From positions 352,001 through 416,000 of the forward strand of contig CAWDML010000009.1 of assembly GCA_963803435.1 (NCBI GenBank): 64,000 bases of DNA, written 5' to 3'. This DNA comes from an uncultured delta proteobacterium (GTDB lineage Bacteria > Myxococcota > Kuafuiibacteriia > Kuafuiibacteriales > Kuafuiibacteriaceae). Position numbers and translations under genes: made by a program. The notes below the pieces were generated by a model. It had not been told where the DNA came from. It did not search any database and worked only from the letters and a program-made list of their open reading frames with translations. Shown here piece after piece: positions 41,718 through 52,590 of this stretch (within the stretch, counting starts at the first letter, position 1; each line of letters starts with the position of its first letter).

Positions 41718-42647
41718 TCAGAACTCCACGAGCTCGCCCTTGGTGGCGAGGATGATGTCGCGGACCATGCCGATCCGCTCCGGGTTCCGCACGTGAACCG
41801 CGAGGAGCGTCTTGCCCTCGGTGAGCTCCGCACGGAGGACCATGGCTCGATCCGACGGGACCGAGCGACCCAGCAGGCCGCCGAAGAGACCGCCCGCCGC
41901 CGCGAAGGCGAGCGCGGGACCCATCACGACCAGTCCGATCCCTCCCGTGACGATCGAGCCGATCCCGAGCAGACCTCCCAGGATGCCGCCGATGCTTCCG
42001 CCCATCAGCGAGCCGGCGGTGGCGCCCTCGAGCGCCTTCGTCTGGTCGAGCGCCTTGAAGTCGCGGTCGTGGGTCTCCTCGGTCATCACCAGGCTGATGT
42101 CCTCGACGCCGATGTCGCGGGCCTGGAGCGCCTCGAAGGCGTACTCGAGGTGCTTCTTGTCGTCGAAGATCGCGTGGACGATCTGCTGCTCGCGTCTTCT
42201 TCGGGCGTGTGGAACCTCCTCGCCCGGCTCCCGGACGGTCAGGACCGGACACTCGGCGTGCTGGACCACCCGTGCGGCCACGCTCCCCAGGAAGAGCCGC
42301 CGAAAGCCGGTGCGCCCGTGCGTGCCCATGACGATCAGGTCGTACGCCGGCGACAGGGCCGTGATCACCTGCCAGGGCACGCCGTGCTGCACGCGGCTGG
42401 TGATCTCGACGTTCGGCGGCGCCTCGAAGCGGGCGAGGAACCCGAGCATGTCGTCCTTCGCCTTCTGGTTGATGAGACGGTTGACCTCCTCACCGATGCT
42501 GGCGTCGACGTAGCCCGCCTCGCTCCAGGTGTGGACCACCTCGATCGCTGCGCCGAACTTTTGGGCGAGCGAGAGCGCTGCCTCGATGGCGACGCCGGAT
42601 GTGGTCGAGTAGTCGACCGGGACCAGGATGCGTTTGATGGCTTTCAT
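41718..42647 (-). CDS. Universal stress protein fused to a glycine-zipper membrane domain
   Basis: ILVPVDYS...MGTHGRTG...GSVAARVV followed by GxxxG-rich helices. Confidence 0.85.
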   Translation of the reverse strand: MKAIKRILVPVDYSTTSGVAIEAALSLAQKFGAAIEVVHTWSEAGYVDASIGEEVNRLINQKAKDDMLGFLARFEAPPNVEITSRVQHGVPWQVITALSPAYDLIVMGTHGRTGFRRLFLGSVAARVVQHAECPVLTVREPGEEVPHARRRREQQIVHAIFDDKKHLEYAFEALQARDIGVEDISLVMTEETHDRDFKALDQTKALEGATAGSLMGGSIGGILGGLLGIGSIVTGGIGLVVMGPALAFAAAGGLFGGLLGRSVPSDRAMVLRAELTEGKTLLAVHVRNPERIGMVRDIILATKGELVEF

Positions 42648-42655
42648 GACGACCT

Positions 42656-43081
42656 CTACCTCACCACCGTCACCGGGACCGGTGAGCGGTGCAGAACCTT
42701 CAAGCTTACGCTTCCGACCAGGAGCTCCTGGAGCGTCGAGCGCCCGTGCGTGCCCATCACGATGAGGTCGGGGTGCTCATTCTCGGCGAGCGCGACGATC
42801 TCCGAGGCCGGGGCGCCGACACGCGTGACGCGCTCGATCTCGAGCGAATCGACCCGCGCCCGATCGATGGTCTCCTCGATCCGCTTGCTGGAGACGCGAG
42901 CGACCATGTCGTCGAGCTCTCTTCCGTTCTGCAGCGAGAATCCGGCCAGGATCTCGTTCCAGCTGTCGAACACGTTCAGCACGACGAGCTTTGCTCTGGT
43001 GGGTCGGGCGAGCTCTGCCGCGAGCTTCAGGGCGCGGATCGCCGGCTCGGAGCCATCCACCGGGACCAATATCGACTTCAT
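42656..43081 (-). CDS. Universal stress protein
   Basis: ILVPVDGS, DLIVMGTHGRS, GSVS. Confidence 0.9.
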   Translation of the reverse strand: MKSILVPVDGSEPAIRALKLAAELARPTRAKLVVLNVFDSWNEILAGFSLQNGRELDDMVARVSSKRIEETIDRARVDSLEIERVTRVGAPASEIVALAENEHPDLIVMGTHGRSTLQELLVGSVSLKVLHRSPVPVTVVR

Positions 43082-43093
43082 GTGGGGAAGGAC

Positions 43094-43109
43094 TTCAAAA
43101 GGCGTGCCG
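43094..43109 (-). promoter_or_regulatory. Possible sigma-54 promoter (variant -12)
   Basis: CGGCACGCCTTTTGAA upstream of the USP operon. Confidence 0.5.
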
Positions 43110-43508
43110 TTGCTCGACCAGTGCGGGCGAAGAGGCTGCGTCACGGGCCGGTGACGCCGGGGCTCGCGCGGATCTGATTCCCGCTACGGCCGTGAGGGCT
43201 CCGATCGACAGCAGCACCAGGCCGGCGGCGGGGCCGGCGTGGGTCGCCGAGTCGAGGCCGTACACGTACACGCCCCCGAGGAAGAGCCCGAGCGAGAACA
43301 GGCTGACCGGGAACAGATCGCCGATCTCGATCGCGCTCAGGACCACGATGTTGATCCCAACCGCGATGCTCAGGACCGGGATCCAGGCCACCAGCAAGCT
43401 GGTGAGCTCGGCGCTCTCGAACAGGCTGGCGGCGCCCATCAGTGCGAGGTCGATCCCGCCCAGGATCAGGGTGAGTCGACCGGAGGAGGTGCGGAGAAAG
43501 CTGTCCAT
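43095..43508 (-). CDS. Small four-TM membrane protein
   Basis: Four hydrophobic segments. Confidence 0.6.
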   Translation of the reverse strand: MDSFLRTSSGRLTLILGGIDLALMGAASLFESAELTSLLVAWIPVLSIAVGINIVVLSAIEIGDLFPVSLFSLGLFLGGVYVYGLDSATHAGPAAGLVLLSIGALTAVAGIRSARAPASPARDAASSPALVEQRHAF

Positions 43509-43520
43509 CCAGCGGGGCTC

Positions 43521-43536
43521 TGGAAGAGTCGTGCCA
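43521..43536 (-). promoter_or_regulatory. Possible sigma-54 promoter (variant -12)
   Basis: TGGCACGACTCTTCCA upstream of ATG 43508. Confidence 0.4.
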
Positions 43537-43676
43537 GCGTCGCGGGCAGCCGACGCGGCAGCTCGGCAGCGACCCCCGGTAACGCGCGGGACGGGCGGCG
43601 TTACCACCGCGTGCCGGGTGGCCGACCCATCCGAGCGATGCCCCTCCGGGCATGTGCCTTGCTCTGCGCCGACCCT

Positions 43677-45053
43677 GTGAATGCGCTGAAGATCCTGTTC
43701 GTGGACGACGAGCCCACGATCCGTCTCACGATCGCGGACACGCTCCGCTCAGACGGACACTCGGTGGCGACTGCGTCGGACGGTGCAGAAGCCGAGGAGC
43801 GGATCCACAGCGAGGTCTTCGACGTCGTCATCTCCGACATACGAATGCCGAAGCTCGACGGCATGAGCCTGCTCCGGAGGATCCGGAAGCTCTCCCCCGA
43901 GACGCGCGTCATCATGATCACGGCCTACGCCGAGGTGAACGATGCGGTCGCCGCGCTCAAGGCGGGTGCGGTCGACTACCTGACCAAGCCCTTCGATCTG
44001 GAGGAGATCAGGCTGCGGGTCCGCCGGATCGCCGAGCGCCGGCGGCTCGAGGCCGAGCTGGGAAGTGCCCGACGCGCGCTGGTCGCACGGGACCCGGGCT
44101 TGGTCATCATCGGACGCTCGCCGCCCATGACGCGCCTATTGGGGTTGATCGAGACGCTCGCACAGAGCGACGCCCCGGTGCTGATCACCGGTGAGAGCGG
44201 TACTGGAAAGGAGCTCGTGGCCCGTACGATCCACGATCTCTCCGAGCGGCGGGAGCACGCGTTCGTCGCGGTCAACTGCGCCGCGTTCCCCGAGACGCTC
44301 CTCGAGGCCGAGCTGTTCGGCCACGAGCGCGGCGCCTTCACCGGCGCGGTCAAGTCGCGCGAGGGCCGGTTTGAGGCGGCCGCGGGCGGGACGCTCTTCC
44401 TCGACGAGATCGCGGAGATCCCGCCGATGGCCCAGGCCAAGCTGCTGCGCGTGGTGCAGGAGGGCGTGGTGGAGCCGCTCGGGACCAACCGTCGAGTCCC
44501 GGTCGACGTCCGCCTGATCTCGGCCACGCACCGCAACCTGCGGGAGCGGATCCGCGACGGTACCTTCCGCGAGGATCTCTTTTACCGGCTCAACGTTCTG
44601 GATCTCGTCATCCCGCCGCTCCGGGACCGACGCGCCGATCTGCCGATCCTCGTCGAGCACTTCCTGCAGCGGGTGCATCCGCCTGGTAAAGAGAAGCCGA
44701 CGATCTCGCCGCGCGCCTGGGCCGCGCTGTCCGAGCACCCGTTTCCCGGTAACGTCCGGGAGCTGGAGCACGCGATCGAGCGTGCGGTGGTGCTGTCGCG
44801 CGGGCGGGAGATCGATCTCACCCATCTCCCGGAGGACATCGGCGGGCCGCGGGGTCGCGCCGAGGGCGGACCGCGAGACGAGATCCGGCCGCTGTCCGTC
44901 GCGATGAGAGAGTTCGAGCGGGAGTGTCTGCTGCGGGCGCTCGAGCAGTCGTCGGGGAGGAAGGCCAGGGCCGCCGAGCAGCTCGGCATCTCGCGAAAGA
45001 ACCTCTGGGAGAAGTTGCGCGCTCACGGTCTGCAGGACCCGACGCGACGCTGA
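43677..45053 (+). CDS. Sigma-54-dependent response regulator (NtrC family), paralog 1
   Basis: Receiver domain, GESGTGKE, GAFTGA, FPGNVRELE, Fis-type HTH. Confidence 0.95.
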   Translation: MNALKILFVDDEPTIRLTIADTLRSDGHSVATASDGAEAEERIHSEVFDVVISDIRMPKLDGMSLLRRIRKLSPETRVIMITAYAEVNDAVAALKAGAVDYLTKPFDLEEIRLRVRRIAERRRLEAELGSARRALVARDPGLVIIGRSPPMTRLLGLIETLAQSDAPVLITGESGTGKELVARTIHDLSERREHAFVAVNCAAFPETLLEAELFGHERGAFTGAVKSREGRFEAAAGGTLFLDEIAEIPPMAQAKLLRVVQEGVVEPLGTNRRVPVDVRLISATHRNLRERIRDGTFREDLFYRLNVLDLVIPPLRDRRADLPILVEHFLQRVHPPGKEKPTISPRAWAALSEHPFPGNVRELEHAIERAVVLSRGREIDLTHLPEDIGGPRGRAEGGPRDEIRPLSVAMREFERECLLRALEQSSGRKARAAEQLGISRKNLWEKLRAHGLQDPTRR

Positions 45054-45098
45054 GTCACTGCGGCGTAACCGCGTCGCTGCAACCCGTGCAGTGAAGCA

Positions 45099-45114
45099 CG
45101 GCATGCCGCCTGCA
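45099..45114 (+). promoter_or_regulatory. Possible sigma-54 promoter
   Basis: CGGCATGCCGCCTGCA (GG-N10-GC). Confidence 0.5.
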
Positions 45115-45206
45115 CTCGATCCCGGCGAGCGCTTGCGCGTCGACTTCGAACGCGCCACGCTGACGCACATCGGGATCTGATCGAGAAGAGAGTGGAGGCT
45201 CGAGCT

Positions 45207-45761
45207 ATGGAAGGGGCTGTCGTCTGGCTGACCGGTATCCCGGCGACGGGCAAGACCACCGTGGCGAGCGTTCTTCGCGACGAGCTCACCAGCCGCGACG
45301 TCCCCACCTTGATGCTCGACAGCGACGACCTGAGGCGGGTGATGACGCCGGCCCCGACGTTCAGCGAGGCCGAGCGCGACGTCTTCTACGCGACGATCGG
45401 GCACGTCGCGGCGCTCGCGGCCCGGGGCGGCTCGGTCGTGCTCATCGCTGCGACCGCGCCGAAGCGGGTCTACCGCGATCGCGTGCGGGCCAACGTCGAC
45501 AACTTCGCCGAGGTCCTCCTCATCTGCGATCCGGAGGTCCTGGAGCTCCGCGACATCAAGGGCCTCTACGCGAAGGCGAAGGTGGGCGAGATCCACGATC
45601 TCCCCGGCTACGATCTGCCCTACGAGGATCCGCGAACCCCGGAGCTGATCTTCGACACCGGCCGTACTTCGGCGGCGGAGATCGCCATGGCGATCCTCCG
45701 GCTCCTCGAGAAACGCGCCGAGGGCGGATTTACAGCAGATCGTCCACACGTTCGGGCGTGA
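45207..45761 (+). CDS. Adenylyl-sulfate kinase-like P-loop kinase
   Basis: WLTGIPATGKTT, LDSDDLR, RDIKGLY, PYEDP. Confidence 0.85.
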   Translation: MEGAVVWLTGIPATGKTTVASVLRDELTSRDVPTLMLDSDDLRRVMTPAPTFSEAERDVFYATIGHVAALAARGGSVVLIAATAPKRVYRDRVRANVDNFAEVLLICDPEVLELRDIKGLYAKAKVGEIHDLPGYDLPYEDPRTPELIFDTGRTSAAEIAMAILRLLEKRAEGGFTADRPHVRA

Positions 45762-46836
45762 ACGTCTGCCCGGCCAGGAGCCGCTCGGCGAAGCGCAGGA
45801 TCCGATCCCGCACCGACGGTGAGACGTCCGGATACCAGGCGGGGCTGGCCAGGACGAGCGCGCGCCAGGCGTAGAAGGGCGCGACGATCTCGAGGAGGTC
45901 GTCATCGCCGGTGGCGGCGAGATAAGTGCGGAAGAAGACGTCCCACGTCTCGCGGAGCGCGCCCGAGAACCGTTCGCGCTCGTCGAGCGCGAAGAACAGA
46001 TAGTTGATCGTCAGGCAGGTGACGTCGTCCGCGGGATCCCCGGCCCCGCCCCGGCTGGCGTCGAGGACCGAGAAGTCGGCCTCGTCGCGGAAGAGGATGT
46101 TGAAGGGATGGAAGTCGCCGTGCGTGCGCCGGGCGCGGTGCTCGTAGTCGCGGAGGCGCCAGCGCCAGTCGACGGCGAGGTGCTCCAGGGCTCGCAGGCG
46201 CGCGGGCGTGGCCACCGGATCGCCCGGCGGATAGCCGTCGATCAGGCCGAAGATGCCCTCGCCGTGTCCGACCGTGTCGCGGATGGCGCGCCGGTGCTCG
46301 AGCGGGGTCGCGGGCTCGGCGTGGAGGTCCGCGAGGTAGTGCGCGAGGGCTTCGGTGCGGGCCAGGTCGGCCGTCGACGTCACCGCGAGGTGGGCCATCC
46401 GCTTGAGATCCCTCGCGTAGAGCTGGCCCTCGACGTACTCGGTGACCAGGAACGGCTCGCCCCCGGCGATCGACACCATGGTGCCGTCCTCGGCGAAGGC
46501 CCCGAGGTCGATCGCGCCGATGTGCCTCGGGATGTGGGCGAACTGGTCGAAGGAGAGCGTCATGTTGCCGATCCGGTCGGCCCGCCGATCGTGCCCGTAG
46601 TGGTCGGGGCCCATGGTCCTGAGCACCACATCGCGGGCGCGTCCGCTCTCCAGGTAGGTCGCGCGGAGGGGCCGCCCGTAGCCGTGCGCCTTCAGGCCCT
46701 CCTGCACGCCCGCCCCGAGCGGCGCCAGCGAGACCAGCACCGCTTCGGGGTGGCCGTGGTTTCGGAGGTACTCCTCGATGCGCGAGGGGACGATCCGAGC
46801 GGTCGTCTTCTGTGCGTCGAACGCCAGCGTCGTCAT
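45730..46836 (-). CDS. Aminoglycoside phosphotransferase-like kinase
   Basis: HGDFHPFNILF Brenner-type motif, GDPADD. Confidence 0.8.
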   Translation of the reverse strand: MTTLAFDAQKTTARIVPSRIEEYLRNHGHPEAVLVSLAPLGAGVQEGLKAHGYGRPLRATYLESGRARDVVLRTMGPDHYGHDRRADRIGNMTLSFDQFAHIPRHIGAIDLGAFAEDGTMVSIAGGEPFLVTEYVEGQLYARDLKRMAHLAVTSTADLARTEALAHYLADLHAEPATPLEHRRAIRDTVGHGEGIFGLIDGYPPGDPVATPARLRALEHLAVDWRWRLRDYEHRARRTHGDFHPFNILFRDEADFSVLDASRGGAGDPADDVTCLTINYLFFALDERERFSGALRETWDVFFRTYLAATGDDDLLEIVAPFYAWRALVLASPAWYPDVSPSVRDRILRFAERLLAGQTFTPERVDDLL

Positions 46837-46853
46837 CGGGTGCTCCTTCCTCC

Positions 46854-47855
46854 TCAGGTGACGTGCGGGAGGTCCCACGTCTCGAGGGTCTTGATGTACT
46901 GGGCCCGCTCGAAGGCCTCCGGGTCGTCGCACCTGGCCTGGCTGAGCAGGCCGCGCAGCTCGGCGATCGAGCCGAACTCGTGGGCGGCCATCCACGAGCG
47001 CATCGCCTGCTCGATCGTTCGCACGTGCTCGACGCCATGGGTGAGCAGCGTGCTGCACAGCTCGACCACCGACGCGCCGGCCAGCAGCATCTTCACGACG
47101 TCCTCGCCGGAGTGGACGCCGCCGCTGGCCGCCAGATCCAACTTCAGGCGCCCGAAGAGGATCGCCATCCAGCGGAGCGGAAGGCGCAGCTCCGGCGGGG
47201 TGGAGAGGAGGAGGCGGGGTCGGACCTCCATCCGCGAGAGGTCGATATCCGGCTGATAGAAGCGGTTGAAGAGGACCAGACCGTCGACACCGGTGCGCTC
47301 GATCCTTCGGGCCATGTTCGCCATGTTCGTGAAGAACGGGCTCAACTTGACGCCGATCGGGATCTTCACCTCGGCGCGGATCGCTTCGATGGTGGAGAGA
47401 TAGGCGGCCTCGACCTCGGCGCCCGTGCGCTCGAGATCGGTCGGCACGAAGTAGAGGTTGAGCTCGATCGCGTCGGCGCCGGCCTCCTCGACCAGCCGGG
47501 CGTACTCGACCCACCGCAGGTGCGGCTCTCCGTTCATGCTGGCGATGATCGGAATGTCGACCGCCTTCTTTGCGCGCTGGACGTGGTCGAGATACTCGAG
47601 CGGACCCAGGTTGAGGGCCGTGGTGTCGGCCATCTGCGCGAGCGTCTCGGCGTAGCTCCCGCCGGCGGTGAGGAAGCGATGGAGCTCGCTGCTCGTGAGG
47701 GTGAGCTGCTCCTCGAACAAGGAGAACAGGACGACAGCCGAGATCCCCGCGTCCTCAAGTCTGCGGATGTCGCCAATCTTTCGCGAGAGTGGGCTGGCGG
47801 CGGCGACCAGGGGTGTCCGCAGGGACAACCGCAGGTACTCGGTTCTCAGCGTCAT
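46854..47855 (-). CDS. Dihydroorotate dehydrogenase-like flavoprotein
   Basis: SLFEEQ, IIASMNG, VKLSPFF, LVLFNRFYQPD, SGGVH. Confidence 0.9.
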   Translation of the reverse strand: MTLRTEYLRLSLRTPLVAAASPLSRKIGDIRRLEDAGISAVVLFSLFEEQLTLTSSELHRFLTAGGSYAETLAQMADTTALNLGPLEYLDHVQRAKKAVDIPIIASMNGEPHLRWVEYARLVEEAGADAIELNLYFVPTDLERTGAEVEAAYLSTIEAIRAEVKIPIGVKLSPFFTNMANMARRIERTGVDGLVLFNRFYQPDIDLSRMEVRPRLLLSTPPELRLPLRWMAILFGRLKLDLAASGGVHSGEDVVKMLLAGASVVELCSTLLTHGVEHVRTIEQAMRSWMAAHEFGSIAELRGLLSQARCDDPEAFERAQYIKTLETWDLPHVT

Positions 47856-47868
47856 GACCACCGTCGTC

Positions 47869-47884
47869 CGCAAGGCCCGTGCCG
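47869..47884 (-). promoter_or_regulatory. Sigma-54 promoter (-24/-12)
   Basis: CGGCACGGGCCTTGCG upstream of the DHODH-like gene. Confidence 0.7.
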
Positions 47885-47919
47885 TGAGCCTGTCGTTCTG
47901 AATTGTTCCAGAACGTTCC

Positions 47920-49299
<1,380 letters not shown>

Positions 49300-49303
49300 G
49301 GCC

Positions 49304-50764
49304 GTGGGTACGGCTCAGGTCCAGGAGGTCGCTCAGCTCGTCCTCGGGCGGCTCGCCGAGGGGGCGTCGCTCGCCGAGGTGCTCGGTCTCGTCGTCGAGG
49401 GGGCGGAGCGCGAGACCCTGGGCGCGTGCCTCATCTCGCTCGAGGGTCCGGAGGGACGGATCCGCTACGCCTCGGCCACACCAATCCCCGAGGACGTCGT
49501 CGTAGAGGTCGAGGCGGGCCGCGTCCCGGGGGCGGAGGTCCGGTGGGAGGCGATCCGCGATCGAGCGCGGGCGCTCGGCGTGTTCCTCATGGTCGGCGGC
49601 CAGCAGCCGGAGCAGATCTCGGCCTGGGCGCTGCTCTCCGGGATCGCGATCGAGCGCAAGCGTCGTGAGGACGAGACGCGCGCTCGTGAGTCGCAGATCG
49701 GCTCCGTGATGGAGGCCGTCCTCGACGGCATCATCACGATCGATCACCGCGGGATCGTCGAGTCGTTCAATCGAGCCGCCGAGAAGCTCTTCGGATACAC
49801 GGCGGCTGAGGTGATCGGGCGAAACGTCTCGATGTTGATGTCGGCTGCGGACGCCCACCAGCACGACGCGTATCTCCACCGCTACCTCACCACCGGGAAG
49901 AAGCGGATCATCGGAATCGGACGCGAGGTCGTCGGGAAGAGGAAGAGCGGGGATCTGGTGCCGATCGATCTCGGCGTCAGCGAGTTCCGGGTGGGCAACG
50001 CCCGCAAGTTCACCGGGATGATCCACGACCTCACCGCGCGCAAGAAGCTGGAAGCCGAGCTCCTCCGCTCGCAGAAGCTCGAGGCGATCGGGACGCTCGC
50101 AGCCGGAGTCGCGCACGACTTCAACAACCTGCTCATGGGGATCGCCGGCTGCGCTTCGATCGCGCTGAACAAGCTGCCGGCGGACTCTCCGTCGCGGGTG
50201 TATCTCGACGAGGCCAAGGCGGCCTGCGAGCGGGGCGGACAGCTCACTCGCCAGCTGCTGGCGTTCAGCCGCCGTGCGCCCTCCGAGATGCGCCCCATGT
50301 CGCTCAATGATGCGGTGCTCGGCACCGAAATCATGGCAGCGCGCTTGATCGGCGCGAAGGTCGAGCTGGTGACCGAGCTGGCCGTCTCGGCGGGGACGAT
50401 CCTCGGAGACCTGGCGCAGATCGAGCAGATCCTGATCAACCTGGTGGTCAACGCCCGGGACGCGATGGACGCGGGCGGCACGGTGACCGTCCGGACCCGG
50501 GACGTCAATCTGCCGCGCGGGCAGTATGCGTGCCTCGAGGTGGAGGACGTTGGTTGCGGGATGGACGGGGCCACCCAGGCTCGCATGTTCGAGCCCTTCT
50601 ACACGACCAAGGGTCCGGACCGAGGGACCGGCTTGGGACTCTCCACCGTCTTTGGGATCGTGGAGCAGCACCGAGGATTCATCGAAGTGGAGAGCGAGCT
50701 CGGACGGGGCACCACCGTCTCTGTGTTCTTTCCGCGGATCGACGCGTCGACCTCGGACGCCTGA
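49304..50764 (+). CDS. PAS sensor histidine kinase with FixL-like heme-PAS
   Basis: HDAYLHRYLTTGKKRIIGIGREVVG; H-box VAHDFNN; NARDAM; GTGLGL. Confidence 0.9.
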   Translation: MGTAQVQEVAQLVLGRLAEGASLAEVLGLVVEGAERETLGACLISLEGPEGRIRYASATPIPEDVVVEVEAGRVPGAEVRWEAIRDRARALGVFLMVGGQQPEQISAWALLSGIAIERKRREDETRARESQIGSVMEAVLDGIITIDHRGIVESFNRAAEKLFGYTAAEVIGRNVSMLMSAADAHQHDAYLHRYLTTGKKRIIGIGREVVGKRKSGDLVPIDLGVSEFRVGNARKFTGMIHDLTARKKLEAELLRSQKLEAIGTLAAGVAHDFNNLLMGIAGCASIALNKLPADSPSRVYLDEAKAACERGGQLTRQLLAFSRRAPSEMRPMSLNDAVLGTEIMAARLIGAKVELVTELAVSAGTILGDLAQIEQILINLVVNARDAMDAGGTVTVRTRDVNLPRGQYACLEVEDVGCGMDGATQARMFEPFYTTKGPDRGTGLGLSTVFGIVEQHRGFIEVESELGRGTTVSVFFPRIDASTSDA

Positions 50765-50804
50765 CCTCGGCGTCGCTCCGCTCACGCAGAAGCCGCGCCA
50801 CCGG

Positions 50805-50820
50805 TGGCATGGGCGTTGCG
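50805..50820 (+). promoter_or_regulatory. Sigma-54 promoter (-24/-12)
   Basis: TGGCATGGGCGTTGCG upstream of an AAGGAGG RBS. Confidence 0.8.
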
Positions 50821-50847
50821 AGCGCTCGGGGGCGAAGGAGGAGACCC

Positions 50848-51561
50848 ATGGCTCTCACCGTCCGCGAGATCATGAACAGAGAGCTGTACGCGACCCAGGC
50901 GACCGAATCGGTGACCAGCGTGCTCCACGACCTGATGGCCCTCGGGGTCGGCGGCTGTCCGGTGGTCGACGCGGAGAATCGGCCGATCGGGGCGGTATCG
51001 ACCCGCGACCTGTTCGGCTCGGACGAGCTGACGCCGATCGGAGAGGTGATGAGCTCGCCGTGCCTGGTCGTCCACGAGACGGCCTCGATCCGAGAGGCCG
51101 CGCGCTTGATGGCGGAGGCCGAGGTCCACCGGATCGTGGTGATCGACGGCGAGCGGGCGGTGGGCATCGTCTCGTCGCTCGACGTGGTGCGCGGGCTGCT
51201 CGGGATGCCGACTCGTCACCCGAATACGTTCCCGCACTACGACGTCGAGACCGGGATGGTGTGGACCGACGACTATCCGCTCGACCACGCGCACGTGGAG
51301 GCCGCGCCCGACGGACCTGGCGTCGTGCTGTTGATCCGCGGGGGGGCCGGCAAGGCCGAGACGATCATCTGGGGCGAGGCGGCCGAGAACGTCCGCGACC
51401 GGTTGCTCGAGTATCTGCACACGAAATCGGGTGGCTCGACGGTCATCTCGTACTGGAGGGACCGCGGCGAGCTCCGCTTCCGCGCCGCCCAGTCCGAGGA
51501 TCCCGCCGAGTGCGAGGCGGCGCTCGAACACCTGGTGCACGACGACATCGCGCTCGCCTGA
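50848..51561 (+). CDS. CBS-pair protein with a C-terminal GIY-YIG-like domain
   Basis: Two CBS motifs, then APDGPGVVLL...IIWGEAAENVRDRL. Confidence 0.75.
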   Translation: MALTVREIMNRELYATQATESVTSVLHDLMALGVGGCPVVDAENRPIGAVSTRDLFGSDELTPIGEVMSSPCLVVHETASIREAARLMAEAEVHRIVVIDGERAVGIVSSLDVVRGLLGMPTRHPNTFPHYDVETGMVWTDDYPLDHAHVEAAPDGPGVVLLIRGGAGKAETIIWGEAAENVRDRLLEYLHTKSGGSTVISYWRDRGELRFRAAQSEDPAECEAALEHLVHDDIALA

Positions 51562-51571
51562 GCTTCGGACG

Positions 51572-52510
51572 CTACCCGCGCGGCCGGCCGTAGAGCTCGC
51601 CGGCACGCTCGGGCTCGGACAGCTGGCTCGCGAGGAACTCCCAGAGCACGGCCACCCGGGGCACGTCCCGCAGCGCCCGGTGTCCCACCAGCCAGAGGTC
51701 TTCGGCGGGGAGCGCCGCCCAGGCCTGCTTGAGGCGCGGGCCCGGTAGCACCGGGACCAGGTCGCGGACGAAGCGGTAGGGCTCCGCCGCCAGCGCCACG
51801 CCCAGCCCTGCGGTGGCCGCGGCAAGCTGACTTGCAAAGTGACTGGTGCGCAGGACCGGCTCGATCGCGCCGCAGTACGTCGCCAACCAGCGCGCGGAGG
51901 CGAGGTGCGCCAAATCGTGGTCCCACGCGATCCAGCGGGCGTCGCTCATCCGGCGGAGGCGGCCCAGCGACTTGGCGTACGACGCTGAGGTCATCGGGAT
52001 CGACCGCGTGGTCACGAGCTTCTTCACCACCAGATCTCCGCTCTTCGGTCGGGTAGTCCGGATGGCGAGGTCCGCCTCGCGGCGGGTCAGGTCGGCGTAG
52101 GCGATGCTGGCGTCGAGCTCGATCCGCACGTCGGGATGGAGCGGATGGAAGCGGGCGAGGAGCGGCGCGACGAAGGCGTCGGACACGCCGGGCGGCGCGG
52201 TCAGGCGGACCACGCCCTCCGCCTTCGTCTCCATCGCGCCCATCGCGCCGAGGAAGCCGGCCATCGCCCGCTCCATCTCCTCGGCGGCGGGGATCATCGC
52301 CTCGGCAGCGGCGGTCATCACCGTGCCCTCGCGGCTGCGATCGAAGAGGTGCATGCCGAGCTCGGCCTCGATCCGGTTGAGGCGGCGGCTCACGGTGGAC
52401 ACGTCGAGGCCGAGGCGGTCGGCCGCGCCGGCCAGCTGACCGCTGCGCGCCACCGCGAGGAAGACGCGCGCGTGGTCCCAGTCGAGCTCCGAGAGGTCTG
52501 GGGCGTGCAT
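51572..52510 (-). CDS. LysR-family transcriptional regulator
   Basis: LDWD..RVFLAVARSG..AGAA..L..STVSRR; DLTRREADLAIR. Confidence 0.93.
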   Translation of the reverse strand: MHAPDLSELDWDHARVFLAVARSGQLAGAADRLGLDVSTVSRRLNRIEAELGMHLFDRSREGTVMTAAAEAMIPAAEEMERAMAGFLGAMGAMETKAEGVVRLTAPPGVSDAFVAPLLARFHPLHPDVRIELDASIAYADLTRREADLAIRTTRPKSGDLVVKKLVTTRSIPMTSASYAKSLGRLRRMSDARWIAWDHDLAHLASARWLATYCGAIEPVLRTSHFASQLAAATAGLGVALAAEPYRFVRDLVPVLPGPRLKQAWAALPAEDLWLVGHRALRDVPRVAVLWEFLASQLSEPERAGELYGRPRG

Positions 52511-52528
52511 CGGCACATCTTGCGATGG

Positions 52529-52545
52529 TGCAACATGGCATTGCA
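52529..52545. promoter_or_regulatory. Probable LysR operator palindrome
   Basis: TGCAA-N7-TTGCA between the divergent LysR and epimerase genes. Confidence 0.55.
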
Positions 52546-52590
52546 ACACATCGCCTAGACATGCATGAACGCAAACACCATCCTGGGCCC

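Noticed and set aside
45207-45761. cysC as part of sulfate assimilation
   Set aside because: No cysD/N/H nearby and the context is a stress gene cluster, so no symbol assigned
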